Shown in pieces: positions 48,599-58,959 of a stretch of DNA of 64,000 nt (position 1 is the first letter of the stretch; each line of letters starts with the position of its first letter). A program made the position numbers and the translations under genes. Under the pieces are notes generated by a model. It saw only the letters and a program-made list of their open reading frames with translations. It was not told the DNA's origin and searched no databases. Location: the IMG/VR virus record IMGVR_UViG_3300028590_000001; one strand, given 5' to 3'. Origin of the DNA: an uncultured virus (IMG/VR IMGVR_UViG_3300028590_000001). Its lineage: Duplodnaviria; Heunggongvirae; Uroviricota; Caudoviricetes.

Positions 48599-48930
48599 GC
48601 GCAAAGCACGCAGCGGAGCAGCTGACGGAGGATCAGGTGCGGGCCATCTGGCAACTGCACCAGATCGGGGGCTGGAAGCATCGCCAACTGGCGGCGATGT
48701 TCGGGACGAGCATCGGGTCGGTCAGCAAGATCGTCACCGGCCGCACGTGGCGGCACATCACCGGGGGACACAGCGTCTCCCGGTACGGGGTGGAGAGCGA
48801 ATACCGGGACGCGCACATCGCGGCGCGCCTGGCGCAGGGGGTCAGTAGTTATACCCGGATCGGCAGGGAGCTGGGTATTTCGCGGCAGGCCGTGTCACAG
48901 CGTGTCCGCCACATGGAGAGGAGTTCGTAG
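48595..48930 (+). CDS. Double-HTH DNA-binding protein
   Basis: HRQLAAMFGTSIGSVSKIV and YTRIGRELGISRQAVSQRV. Confidence 0.75.
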   Translation: MSAKHAAEQLTEDQVRAIWQLHQIGGWKHRQLAAMFGTSIGSVSKIVTGRTWRHITGGHSVSRYGVESEYRDAHIAARLAQGVSSYTRIGRELGISRQAVSQRVRHMERSS

Positions 48931-51353
48931 TGCTGGGTGGTCTCACCAATATCTCGACGGTGCTGGGGTCCGCACCGGAGCCGACCGCCGAACTGGTCCG
49001 GCTCAAGTCCTTCGCACGGGCGTGCTGTCAGGCAGGGCTGTACCTGATGCTCATCGAGCCGGGCACGAAGTCCCCGGTCGACATGCGCAGCGATCGGCAA
49101 CGCCGCGAGGAAGACGGCGTGGCGCAGGATGTGGCCCGCATGGAGGGCCGCGCCAACTGGGATCGGGTGAAGTCCAAGGGCGGGGTGTACCTCGCCACCA
49201 ACGAGGAAGCCAAGATCACCCGCTACCTGGATCGGTACCGCAAGGTGTACGGCGCAGAGGCGGCAGTCAACTTCGCCATCGACGTGGGCCGCAGCGGGCT
49301 GATCGTCGTCGACTGTGACACCCGTGCGCAGGTGGACGCCTTCCTCGAACATGTGGCGCTGGCCAACGGCATCGACCCGGCCGATGCCCCCGACCTTCCG
49401 CCCACGGTGAAGACGCCGGGGCAGCGGGACGTGGACGGGCAGTGGGCGCACAAGGACGGCGGCCACTACTACTTCACGGCGTCCGGCCCGCTGCCGGAGA
49501 CCAGCGGCAGCGTCACCATGCCCGGCGGCTGGGTGGTCCTGTGGGCCAACCGGTACGTGCTCATCCCGCCGTCCGTCCGCCCGGAAGGGGCGTACCGGCT
49601 GGTCGGGCAGGACTACCCGGCCCCGGACTGGCTGGAGCAGATCGTCACCGACAAGGCGACCAGCTACATGCAGCGCCGCCTGGACGCCCTGGACAACACC
49701 GACCTGTCCGACGCGGTGAACCGCTGGGCGGCGGACACCACCTGGGACGACCTGCTGTCCCCGGCGGGCTGGGTGCTCACCGCCCGGCAGGACAACTGCG
49801 GCTGCGACATCTGGACCGCGCCCGGCGACCACGCCAGCCCGAAGTCCGCCACCGCCCACGACACGCAGTGTTCGCTCGGCCGGTACACCCCGGACAACGC
49901 GCCGCTGCACATCTGGACGGACTACCCCGGCGAGGCGCTCGAGGCGTGGACCGCACAGCGTGGCAAGACCATGAGCCGCCTCCAGGTGGCAGCGGCGCTG
50001 GAGTACGGCGGCGACGTGGGCAAGGCGATGCGCAGCCTGAACGTCATGCCGACCAGTACCGGAGCGCTGGGCTTCGGGGCGGACATCACCCGCGACATGG
50101 GCGTCAGTCTGGAGACCCCGCTGATGTTCGACCCGCAGCCCGACGAGGACGAGGAGGAGCCGGAGGCTGCTGATGCCGACCCTTTCCTGTCGCCCGGCGT
50201 AGCCGGGACTGACGCCGAACCCTCCGCTGCCGCAGCGGCAGAGGCACGCCCGGTCACGGGCGTACCCAACATCCAGCCGTTCGACTACTGGCGGGACTTC
50301 CCGCCGCCGGAGTTCGCTATCGCCGGGCTTCTGGAACACCGGGGCTTCACTTCATTGATCGGTGCACCGGGCGTGGGCAAGTCCGGCGTCGCGCTGGACA
50401 TGGCCGCCGCGTTGGTCACGGGCAACCGCTGGATGGGCCGCGAGACCTTGCAGCAGCGGGTCCTCTACCTGCCGGGTGAGGGTCTGTCCGGCGCGGTCCA
50501 GCGGATCAAGGCGTGGGAGGCTGCGCACGACATGGACCTGGGCGGCGAGCTGTTCGTCGGCGACAGCATCATCCAGATCGGGGCGTCGAACGAGGCGTGG
50601 GCCGCCGTGGTGGCACGCATGCTCAAGTTCGACATCGGGCTGCTGATGCTCGACACGTTTGCCCGTGCGTCGGTGGGTATGGAGGAGAACTCTGCCACCG
50701 ACGTGGGCAAGGCCGTGGCCCGCTTCGACCAGGTACGCGCCGCCACGGGGGCGGGCCTGATGGTGGTGCACCACACCCGCAAGGACGGCGGCAGCGGTCG
50801 CGGCTCCAGTGCCCTCAACGGCGCGCTGGACACCGAACTCCTCATCCGCGAGGGCGGCTGGTGGGACGACAACGATGGGCCGCCGCCCGGCCGCACGCTG
50901 GAAATGCTGGTGACCAAGCAGAAGAACGCCGAACAGCCCGAGCACGGCATTCCCATGCTGGCCGTCAAGGAGGGCGGGAGCTTCATCATGACGGGCCCCA
51001 ACGGAATCATCGACGACCCGCTGGACGGCGTCGTGGCCCCGCGCGCCATCATCCCCGAATCCGTAGTCAGTGTGGCCATCAGGCTCCAGGAGTACGCCCT
51101 GCGGTTCACGCAACAGGGCCTCACCCGCAGCGAGTTCGCCTACGGCGTACCGATGGACGAGTTCACCGCCCGCCGCCGGGATCAGAAGACCGCCTGGAAG
51201 ATGAAGGTGAACGAGGCCGTTGACCTGGGGATTCGGTACAACCTGCTCCAGACGCTGACCGGCACTCTCACCGGCGCGCGGTATGTGCCCGGCCTCACGA
51301 CAGCAGATAGCGCTATGGCGCTGTGGGCCAAGGAGGGCACCCGCACCGACTGA
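48930..51353 (+). CDS. Bifunctional primase/polymerase fused to RepA/AAA helicase
   Basis: VVDCD, TVKTPG, GGHYYF; Walker A GAPGVGKS, LMLDT, VHHTRK, RGSSAL. Confidence 0.9.
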   Translation: MLGGLTNISTVLGSAPEPTAELVRLKSFARACCQAGLYLMLIEPGTKSPVDMRSDRQRREEDGVAQDVARMEGRANWDRVKSKGGVYLATNEEAKITRYLDRYRKVYGAEAAVNFAIDVGRSGLIVVDCDTRAQVDAFLEHVALANGIDPADAPDLPPTVKTPGQRDVDGQWAHKDGGHYYFTASGPLPETSGSVTMPGGWVVLWANRYVLIPPSVRPEGAYRLVGQDYPAPDWLEQIVTDKATSYMQRRLDALDNTDLSDAVNRWAADTTWDDLLSPAGWVLTARQDNCGCDIWTAPGDHASPKSATAHDTQCSLGRYTPDNAPLHIWTDYPGEALEAWTAQRGKTMSRLQVAAALEYGGDVGKAMRSLNVMPTSTGALGFGADITRDMGVSLETPLMFDPQPDEDEEEPEAADADPFLSPGVAGTDAEPSAAAAAEARPVTGVPNIQPFDYWRDFPPPEFAIAGLLEHRGFTSLIGAPGVGKSGVALDMAAALVTGNRWMGRETLQQRVLYLPGEGLSGAVQRIKAWEAAHDMDLGGELFVGDSIIQIGASNEAWAAVVARMLKFDIGLLMLDTFARASVGMEENSATDVGKAVARFDQVRAATGAGLMVVHHTRKDGGSGRGSSALNGALDTELLIREGGWWDDNDGPPPGRTLEMLVTKQKNAEQPEHGIPMLAVKEGGSFIMTGPNGIIDDPLDGVVAPRAIIPESVVSVAIRLQEYALRFTQQGLTRSEFAYGVPMDEFTARRRDQKTAWKMKVNEAVDLGIRYNLLQTLTGTLTGARYVPGLTTADSAMALWAKEGTRTD

Positions 51354-51444
51354 CCTGTACTGATGTGTTGCACATAGCACGGTGCCCGTGTTATGTTTGC
51401 TCCACTCAGTTGCACCACCAAACACCACCGAGAGGACCCACCCC

Positions 51445-52317
51445 ATGGAGCACGTACTCCCCGGAGAACTTCTGGAACTCGACTGGCCCATCATCCGCAC
51501 CGACTTCGTGTCGGTGACGCCGAAACTGGCGGACAAGTGGCTGGGCAGCCAGACCCGCAACCGCAGCGTCAACCGGCCCGCTGTCCTGGGCTACCGGCGC
51601 GACATGCTGGACGGCCGGTGGACCTTCACCGGCGAACCGATCCAGTTCGACATCGAAGGCCGCCTGATCAATGGCCAGCACCGGCTGACGGCGCTGTCTC
51701 TGCTGGACGGCCAGATCGACACCATCACCTTCCTTGTGGTGCGCGGTCTGCCGCCGGAGGCGCAGCTGTCCATGGACCAGGGCCGCCGTCGCAGCTCGGG
51801 CCAGCAGCTCCAGCTCACCGGTTTCAAGAACGCCACTGCCATGTCGTCGGGCATCCGCCTGTACATGCTGTGGAACACCGAGCGACTGTTCACCCGCAAA
51901 TGGGACGACGCGGTCAACATCAGCACGGCCAGCATCCTGGCGTTCGCGCAGGCCAACCCGGAGCTGATCGAGCACGCCAACTCCAAGTACGGCGTCATCC
52001 GGGATGCCGGACTGCGGCACTCGTCCGGCATGGCGTTCGTGCTCAAGCTGGGGCTGGACAACGCCGAGACGGTGAATCTGTTCTTCGATGAGCTGCACGC
52101 CCTGGTGAACCAGCCGGAGGGGTCGGCGCTGCTGGCCCTCAACCGTCGGCTGACCCGCGCCCGCCTGGAAGGGCTCAAGCTGTCCGATGTGGATCAGCTG
52201 GCCTTCCTGGTGCGCACCTGGAACCACTGGATCAACGGGACCCGGGCGGGCAAGCTCCAGCGCCCCAAGGGCGGCGAGTGGAACGACGAGAACTTCCCGA
52301 AGGTGGAAGGCGTATGA
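51445..52317 (+). CDS. ParB-like domain protein
   Basis: RNRSV...DMLDGRW...LINGQHRL; own motif promoter at 51368-51397. Confidence 0.75.
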   Translation: MEHVLPGELLELDWPIIRTDFVSVTPKLADKWLGSQTRNRSVNRPAVLGYRRDMLDGRWTFTGEPIQFDIEGRLINGQHRLTALSLLDGQIDTITFLVVRGLPPEAQLSMDQGRRRSSGQQLQLTGFKNATAMSSGIRLYMLWNTERLFTRKWDDAVNISTASILAFAQANPELIEHANSKYGVIRDAGLRHSSGMAFVLKLGLDNAETVNLFFDELHALVNQPEGSALLALNRRLTRARLEGLKLSDVDQLAFLVRTWNHWINGTRAGKLQRPKGGEWNDENFPKVEGV

Positions 52318-52948
52318 GGCGGCAGGAACCTCTGGAAGTCGAGGTGGCGACACGGCGTGTGGAGCTGGCCGAATGGTCCATCGCGCTGACCGAAGACGAA
52401 CCGATGGACTTCGACTCCCTGCGCACGGCAGTGGAGGAGGCGGGCGAGCACCTCAAGGCGATGCAGCGCATCCACGGCGCACAGAACGTGGAGGTCAGCT
52501 GGCACACCGGGGCCGCCAACTACGGCGAGGACAAGTTGACCATTCGTGTCACCGTCGAGAAGGAGACGAACTGATGAGGCGCACGCACGGCGGCTACGCC
52601 TTCATCTCCGCGCGGTTCGGTGACGAGGAGTTCGATGAAATCTCCATGAACCTGGGCGACCTGATCGAGTTCGTGGAAGACGCCCGGATGCACGGAGTTC
52701 CGTTGAACGCCCGGCTGGTGGGGTTCCCCCACGTGAACTCCATCCATCAGCTGGCGTTCATCTACCTGCCGGAGAGGTAGACAACGCACGTCATCCGTGC
52801 TAAGGTGATCACCATGACCAACCACCACGAGAACCGCGAACCCACCCCGGAGGAGAAATTCTGGGGCGCGTTCTTCGCAGCCACGATCGGCATGTATCTG
52901 CTGGTCATGGTGATCATCCCGTCCATCCGATTCATGAACGGACTGTGA
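52314..52948 (+). CDS. Three small genes (52314-52574, 52574-52780, 52814-52948 membrane)
   Basis: Coupled ORFs. Confidence 0.55.
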
Positions 52949-52953
52949 GACGC

Positions 52954-54591
52954 ATGAACCGCCAGCTTCGCCCGTACCAGCAGGAGGCCGTGGACGCCGT
53001 CCTGACCAACTGGGGCAACGAGGTCCGCCGGACAGCCGTCGTGCTGCCCACCGGCACGGGCAAGTCCACGGTGATAGCCAGCGTCGCCGCCGAGTCCGCT
53101 CGGCTGGGGCTGCGGGTGGTCATGCTGGCCCACCGCGCCGAACTGCTCGACCAGATGGCGCAGACCGTGGGGCAGGTCGACACCCTGCTGCCGCCGGTGG
53201 GCATCGTCCGGGCCGAGACCGATGAGTCCCACGCGCAGATCGTGGCCGCCTCCCTCCAGACGCTCACCAACGACAACCGGCACGCCGCACTCGGTAAGCG
53301 GGATGTCGTCCTGTGGGACGAGGTCCACCACGGTGGGGCCGACAGCTGGCGGCGGGTGCTGGACGACTTCGGTACGCCGTTCTTCTGTGGGTTCACCGCC
53401 ACCCTGCGCCGTGAAGACGGCAAGGCCCTGCGCGAGATCATCGACACGGTCGCCTACGAGAAGAACCTGCGGTGGGCCATCGACCAGGGGTACCTGGTGC
53501 GGCCCACCGGGCTGACCGTCAAGATTCCCGACCTGGACCTGGGCAAGGTGAAGACCGTCGCCGGGGACTTCCAGCAAGGGCAGTTGGCCGAGGTGATGGA
53601 AGGCGAGACCGACGAGGTGGTCAAGGCCATCGCGCTGCACTGCCAGCACCGCCGCCCGATCATCTTCGCCGCCAGCGTGCTGGCAGCGAACGATATCGCG
53701 GTGGACCTGATGCGCTACGGCATCAACGCCGAGGCCGTCACCGGCAGCATGTCCTACGCTGAGCGGCAGCCGGTGTACCAGCGCTACCGCAGCGGCACCA
53801 CGCAGGCGCTCGTCACGGTGCAGGTGCTGACCGAAGGCGCGGACTTCCCCATGTGCGACGCCGTCGTGATCGCGCGGCCCACCCAGTCGCAGAACCTGTA
53901 CAGCCAGATGGTCGGCCGGGCCCTGCGGCTGTGGGAGACCGTCGACGAGTACGGTCACCCCGTCGAGAAGGAAGACGCGCTGGTGCTCGACCTGGTCGGC
54001 ACGTCGCGCGTGCTCAAGTTGGTCACTCTGTCCAGCTTGGACAGCGGGGCCACCGGCCGCATCGTGGACACCGACGGCGAAGACCTTCCGCCGGAGGACT
54101 GGGACGAGGCCCCCGAGACGGGCGGCATCACCCGGGTGGCGTCCAAGCGGCTGGGCCCGCTGGAGACCATCGGCATCGACCTGCTCGGGCCGTCCGAGAC
54201 GAACATCCTGTGGCTGACCACGCCCAAGGGCGCGCCGTTCGTACAGCCGCAGGGCGAGGACTGGTTCGTCTTCCTGTGGGAGGGCGCGCCGGGCATGTTC
54301 CGCGCCGGGGTGATGAACCTGCGCGGCGACAAGAAGGGCGAGTGGCTGGACGGCGGGCGGGAGTGGCCGCTGATCGACGCCAAGGGCATCGCTGAGGACT
54401 ACATCATCGACGCCGGTCTGGCGTACCCGCTGCGGACCGCCGCCTGGCGCAAGCACCAGCCGCCGTCCGACGCGCAGCTCCGGTTCGCCCAGAGCCTGAG
54501 CATCCCCGATGCCGCCCTGATGACGAAGGCGCGGCTCTCCGACGAGATCAGCATGGCGCTGGTCGCCAACCGACTGGACACCGCACGATGA
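52954..54591 (+). CDS. SF2 DEAH-box DNA helicase
   Basis: LRPYQ, PTGTGKS, DEVHH, TAT, LTEGAD, QMVGRALR. Confidence 0.93.
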   Translation: MNRQLRPYQQEAVDAVLTNWGNEVRRTAVVLPTGTGKSTVIASVAAESARLGLRVVMLAHRAELLDQMAQTVGQVDTLLPPVGIVRAETDESHAQIVAASLQTLTNDNRHAALGKRDVVLWDEVHHGGADSWRRVLDDFGTPFFCGFTATLRREDGKALREIIDTVAYEKNLRWAIDQGYLVRPTGLTVKIPDLDLGKVKTVAGDFQQGQLAEVMEGETDEVVKAIALHCQHRRPIIFAASVLAANDIAVDLMRYGINAEAVTGSMSYAERQPVYQRYRSGTTQALVTVQVLTEGADFPMCDAVVIARPTQSQNLYSQMVGRALRLWETVDEYGHPVEKEDALVLDLVGTSRVLKLVTLSSLDSGATGRIVDTDGEDLPPEDWDEAPETGGITRVASKRLGPLETIGIDLLGPSETNILWLTTPKGAPFVQPQGEDWFVFLWEGAPGMFRAGVMNLRGDKKGEWLDGGREWPLIDAKGIAEDYIIDAGLAYPLRTAAWRKHQPPSDAQLRFAQSLSIPDAALMTKARLSDEISMALVANRLDTAR

Positions 54592-54943
54592 TGAACATGG
54601 AGATCGTCCTGGACTGCGGCTGCGCGGTCACCCTGCGGCAGGAGTGGGAGTACGGCTGCGCCGGTGACTGCCACCCCGGGCAGTACGTCGTGGCTGCCGG
54701 GGAGATCACCGCGCCCTGCCTGCGCCACGACGACGGACCGGAGGACTGATGCGCTACCTGTCCGGCCTGCTCTGCCAGCTGTTCGGGCACCGCGCGTACA
54801 CCGTCTCGGTGGTGTGCCCGCACGACCCCGACCACCCCATTGACGTCCTGGAGCTGTGTCTCCGGTGTGCGCACATCCGCGCACTGGTCGACCTGGTCGA
54901 CTGACACTCACACCACCACCACCACCACGAGAAAGAGAAATCC

Positions 54944-55351
54944 ATGGAAGACGCTACGACCGCCGCACTGGACGCCGCAGCTGCGAAGGCCAAGGAAGCC
55001 ATCGAGAACGGCACCATGACCCAGCAGCTTCTCGACACTCTGATCGACGAGTTCCAGGAGGGTGTAGACGCTGACGAAATCGCAGAAGAGTTCGACAAGC
55101 ACCGCGATGCCGTCTGCCGGTACCTGGACTTCATCGAGAAGCACCAGACGCTGGAGGCCGTCACCACGCTGCTCGGTCTGGACCCTCCGGGCATCATCTC
55201 GCTGATGGGTGCGCTGCTGCGGTTCTGGGGCGAAATGCTGCGGGACGGGGAAGACGTCACCCTGGGCGACATGGCGCGCCTGACCTACCACTCCATGGAG
55301 TGCGGCGGTGCTGACGACTGCCCGGTCTGCGCCACCGAGGACCCGGCGTGA
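54944..55351 (+). CDS. Hypothetical acidic protein
   Basis: 135 aa ORF with purine-rich upstream sequence. Confidence 0.65.
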   Translation: MEDATTAALDAAAAKAKEAIENGTMTQQLLDTLIDEFQEGVDADEIAEEFDKHRDAVCRYLDFIEKHQTLEAVTTLLGLDPPGIISLMGALLRFWGEMLRDGEDVTLGDMARLTYHSMECGGADDCPVCATEDPA

Positions 55352-55425
55352 GCGCCCAGCACCAGCGGGCGCATGCCCGTAGAGGCGGGCGGCACAGGGC
55401 CGCTCCCCCGACACAGAGGTATCTC

Positions 55426-55839
55426 ATGAAGATTCGCACTCTCGCTGCCGCAGCGGCGGCCCTGGCCGTCATCGGCATGACGTCGGCCTGCGTTCCCAGC
55501 GGTGAACCGCTGGCGACGCCGGTGTCCGGCACGGTGGCGCTGCCCACCTACGGGCCGGGGCCGGTCACCACGCCGGTGAAGAAGACTCGCGACCCGCTGA
55601 CGGCGGACGGTTCGTTCCGCATCGGCACCGCGCCGGGGGAGATTCCGCCCGGCACCTACAACATCGAGCTGACCGGCAGCAGCGGGTACTACGCCCTGTG
55701 CTCGGACATCCCGTGCAAGGTGACCGAGGGCATGCTGTCGAACGACTTCATGCACGGCCCCGGCGTGGTCGAGATTCCGCCGAACGCCGTTCTCATGAAG
55801 GACAAGCGCGGCATCATCCTGATTCCGACGGAGGGCTGA
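55426..55839 (+). CDS. Predicted lipoprotein
   Basis: MKIRTLAAAAAALAVIGMTSAC signal peptide with lipobox-like Cys; DG.FRIG..IPPGTY motif. Confidence 0.7.
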   Translation: MKIRTLAAAAAALAVIGMTSACVPSGEPLATPVSGTVALPTYGPGPVTTPVKKTRDPLTADGSFRIGTAPGEIPPGTYNIELTGSSGYYALCSDIPCKVTEGMLSNDFMHGPGVVEIPPNAVLMKDKRGIILIPTEG

Positions 55840-56319
55840 GGCATGGTGGAAGTCAGCGTGACGGTCAACATCATGGTGGGCGACGCGGAGATGGAGCTGC
55901 GCCGCACGGCGAACATCGTGCAGGTGGGCAACGTGAACGGCGCAGTGCGCGCCTTCATGCGGCAGGCACACCGCGCGGTCGCGGGCGCATACGCCGACCA
56001 GGAGCCCAAGGGGTATGACCCGGGTGACGATGACGAGTGACCCGTACAGCGGGCCGGACATCCTGGAGGCCCGCATCCCGGCTGACCTGCGGCCGTGGCT
56101 GGGCATGGCCATCGTGCTGCACGACCATGGACCGGACGAGCCCTGCACCCGCCGGTGCAACTCCTACGTGATGGAGGACTGATGGAAGGCGAAGCCACGG
56201 AGGAGATGGAGGACTTCACCGGGTACATCTGCGGTCAGACCGTGATGCGCAACGGGGAGACGTACATCTGCCCTGAATGCGATTACCCGCCGGTCGACTG
56301 GGACGACGAGGAGGACTGA

Positions 56320-57429
56320 TTGGGCAGCATGCTCGACCTCACCGGAGAGGTCGTCTACGCCACTCCGCTCTACGGTTACGAACTCCCGCCGCCCATTCCC
56401 GGGCGGCGGGAGCCGACCTTCAAGGCGGGTAAGTACAGCCTGCCGAACCCCAAGTATCCGTCGAAGTTCAAGAGCTTCACGCGCGCCAGTTCGGTGGCGA
56501 AGTCCCTGGAAGACACCGAGCTGCTGTCCCTGTGGCAGCAGCGGCAGATGCTGATCGGGCTCCAGCGCAGCACCGACATCATGGCCACGCTGGACCAGGT
56601 GCTGGACGAGCACCATGAACAGCAGCCGGACGACACGAACATCGCGAAGTCGTTGCGCCAGCCGTTGAACAGCCTGAGTCTGCTGGCGCAGGAACGTGCG
56701 GGCAGCGGCCGGGCGGCAGAGTTCGGCACGGCGGTCCACGCATGGTGCGAGTGGTACGACCACGGGATGTGTCACATGACCGAGGTCCCCGCTGAGTTCC
56801 GCCCGTGGGTGATCGGTCACCGGCGTGCGCTGGCCCGCGCCGGACTGCACGTCGACAGCTGCTGGACGGAGCGCATCGTGCTCAACAGCAAGTACGACAT
56901 CGCCGGAACGCTGGACCGGCTGGTCTGGTGCCCGGACGGGAAGCTGCGGCTGGGCGATATCAAGACCAGCAAGGGCATGGACTACAGCTGGATGTACTTC
57001 GCCATCCAGATGGCGATCTACTCCACGGCGGACTACATCCTGGCGCTGGACGGCAGCAAGTGGGAGCCGATGCCCGCCGTCGAGCAGGACGTGGCGCTCA
57101 TCAGCCACCTTCCCCGGGAGCGCCCGGAGGAGTCCCGCATCCAGCCGATCAATCTGGACTACGGCCGTCGCGCACTGGAGGTGGCCATGGCCGCAAGGGA
57201 ACTGCGCGCCGAAGCGGCAAAACAGGCTAACACCGTGCCTTGTGTGATAGGTTGGGCAACGGTAGCCGAGGAGCGCCGGGCCACGGCCAAGCACCTCGTA
57301 GAGATTTCCGCCACCGAGGACGAACTCGCTCTCGTGTGGGAGGAATACCGGGACGTCTGGACAGACGAACTCACCCGGATCGGCTGGGAATCCCTCCAGT
57401 CAGCAACGCAACGCAACGCAACGCACTGA
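56320..57429 (+). CDS. PD-(D/E)XK exonuclease (RecB/Cas4-like)
   Basis: GTAVH, E, AGTLDR, DIKT and QMAIY motifs. Confidence 0.85.
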   Translation: MGSMLDLTGEVVYATPLYGYELPPPIPGRREPTFKAGKYSLPNPKYPSKFKSFTRASSVAKSLEDTELLSLWQQRQMLIGLQRSTDIMATLDQVLDEHHEQQPDDTNIAKSLRQPLNSLSLLAQERAGSGRAAEFGTAVHAWCEWYDHGMCHMTEVPAEFRPWVIGHRRALARAGLHVDSCWTERIVLNSKYDIAGTLDRLVWCPDGKLRLGDIKTSKGMDYSWMYFAIQMAIYSTADYILALDGSKWEPMPAVEQDVALISHLPRERPEESRIQPINLDYGRRALEVAMAARELRAEAAKQANTVPCVIGWATVAEERRATAKHLVEISATEDELALVWEEYRDVWTDELTRIGWESLQSATQRNATH

Positions 57430-57449
57430 ACGCCCAAAGAGGAGAACGC

Positions 57450-57914
57450 ATGTCTGACAACCCCTTCGGCAAGTCCACCGCTGCCAAGGAGAAGCCCACC
57501 ATCGCCAGCCCCAAGGGCGAGAACGCCGCCCCGGCCACCAACGACCCGTTCGCGTCGCCGTCCGGCGTCAGCGGCGAGTACATCACCAGTTTCGTCGGGA
57601 AGCTGCTGCTCGTGAAGCCCACCGAGTACGTCCCCGAGATGAACACCGCCAAGGGCAAGAACGACGCCGTGCGTGTCGACCTGGCCGTCCTCGATGACGC
57701 CGACGAGCCGGGCCGCGTGGTCACCGGTGTGCTGCTGTTCCAGTCGGCGCTCAAGCGCGAGGCGAAGGCCGTGCTGGAATCGCCCAGCCCGTACCTGCTG
57801 GGCCGCCTGGTCAAGACCACCACCGGTGGCGGTAACGACCTGTACCTCTTCGAAGAGGGCGCGGACGACGACAAGAACCTGGCGCGCCAGTTCCTCGCGG
57901 CTGCCACCCTGTAA
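57450..57914 (+). CDS. Putative ssDNA-binding/recombination protein
   Basis: 154 aa between exonuclease and RuvC; RBS GAGGAG; function inferred from position. Confidence 0.5.
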   Translation: MSDNPFGKSTAAKEKPTIASPKGENAAPATNDPFASPSGVSGEYITSFVGKLLLVKPTEYVPEMNTAKGKNDAVRVDLAVLDDADEPGRVVTGVLLFQSALKREAKAVLESPSPYLLGRLVKTTTGGGNDLYLFEEGADDDKNLARQFLAAATL

Positions 57915-58025
57915 GACCTGCGGCCCGTGCGCGCTGATTGGACCCGCGCACGGTACGCACTGAACGGCCCGGCGGCCCCGCCATACCGCCGGGCCGTTCT
58001 CATACCCACCCACGAGGAGAACCCC

Positions 58026-58589
58026 ATGATCGTCGCCGCCATCGACTCGTCCCTGTCGAACACAGGGCTCGCCCGGCTCGAGGTCATCGACCACGGCCCG
58101 GAGACGGCCGGGCAGCGCAAGGCGGTGTGGCGCACCATGACGGTCAAGTCCGAACCGGCCAAGGACACCGAATACCATCCGGGGCAGCTCAAGCGCATGC
58201 GCAACATCTGCAAGTCGATGGCCGAGTTCATCCAGGATGCCGACATGGTCGTGATCGAGGCTCCCGCCTACAGCCGGGGCATGGGCATGTCGCACGAGCG
58301 CGCCGGGCTGTGGTGGATGCTGTACGCCGCTGCGGGCGCGGTCATGCACGGTGATCCGCTGGTCATCAAGCCGAACCTGCGCGCCAAGTACGCCACCGGT
58401 AACGGTGGCGCTGGCAAGGACACCGTCATGCTGGAGGCTTCCCGCCGGTACGCGGACGCGCCCATCCGAAACAACAACGAGGCCGACGCCGTGCTGCTGG
58501 CGGCGATGGGTGCCCGGCTGGCGGGCATGGAGATCGACAAGGTGCCGCAGACCCACCTCGCCGCGCTCAAGACGCTGCTGCTGGCCTAA
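58026..58589 (+). CDS. ruvC: RuvC-like Holliday junction resolvase
   Basis: AIDSSLSNTG, VVIE, KYATGNG, NEADA motifs. Confidence 0.88.
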   Translation: MIVAAIDSSLSNTGLARLEVIDHGPETAGQRKAVWRTMTVKSEPAKDTEYHPGQLKRMRNICKSMAEFIQDADMVVIEAPAYSRGMGMSHERAGLWWMLYAAAGAVMHGDPLVIKPNLRAKYATGNGGAGKDTVMLEASRRYADAPIRNNNEADAVLLAAMGARLAGMEIDKVPQTHLAALKTLLLA

Positions 58590-58695
58590 GCACGCATAGC
58601 GTGGTAAGCTGGAGCCGTTCGGAAGATCGGACATCCTTTCTGGTGGTGAGTACGACAACGGACCCGGTCCCCCTGCACCGGGTCCGTTTTCGTGT

Positions 58696-58959
58696 CTACA
58701 CCTTGGTCGCGCCCAGGGGCCCTATCCACCGCTCCAGCCATGCATTCACCTGGGGGATGGCCATCAGCCGCGCGGTGACGCCTGCCGCCGCCAGCGCCCC
58801 GGCCACCCACGGAACAGCGGTGGACAGCCCCAGTTCAGCCACCACGAACGGGACCACCAGCATCAGCCCCACCGCCGCCTGCACCACGGTGCGCAGCACT
58901 GCCCGGCCGGGGTACTGCACCTGCGTCGGTTCGATCTCGAATGGCTCGTCGGAGGTCAC
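58696..58959 (-). CDS. Holin
   Basis: 87 aa, two TM segments, RAVLRTVVQ motif; overlaps the lysA stop. Confidence 0.75.
   Translation of the reverse strand: MTSDEPFEIEPTQVQYPGRAVLRTVVQAAVGLMLVVPFVVAELGLSTAVPWVAGALAAAGVTARLMAIPQVNAWLERWIGPLGATKV

Noticed and set aside
57403..57425. GCAAC tandem microrepeat
   Set aside because: About four 5-bp copies at the end of the exonuclease gene; too short to assign a function.
56320..57429. Cas4 as evidence of CRISPR adaptation
   Set aside because: Stand-alone PD-(D/E)XK exonuclease in a recombination context; no Fe-S Cys pattern, cas1 or array.
58590..58604. Additional operator copy GCACGCATAGCGTGG
   Set aside because: Lacks the -35 box, leader and a downstream plus-strand gene; not counted.
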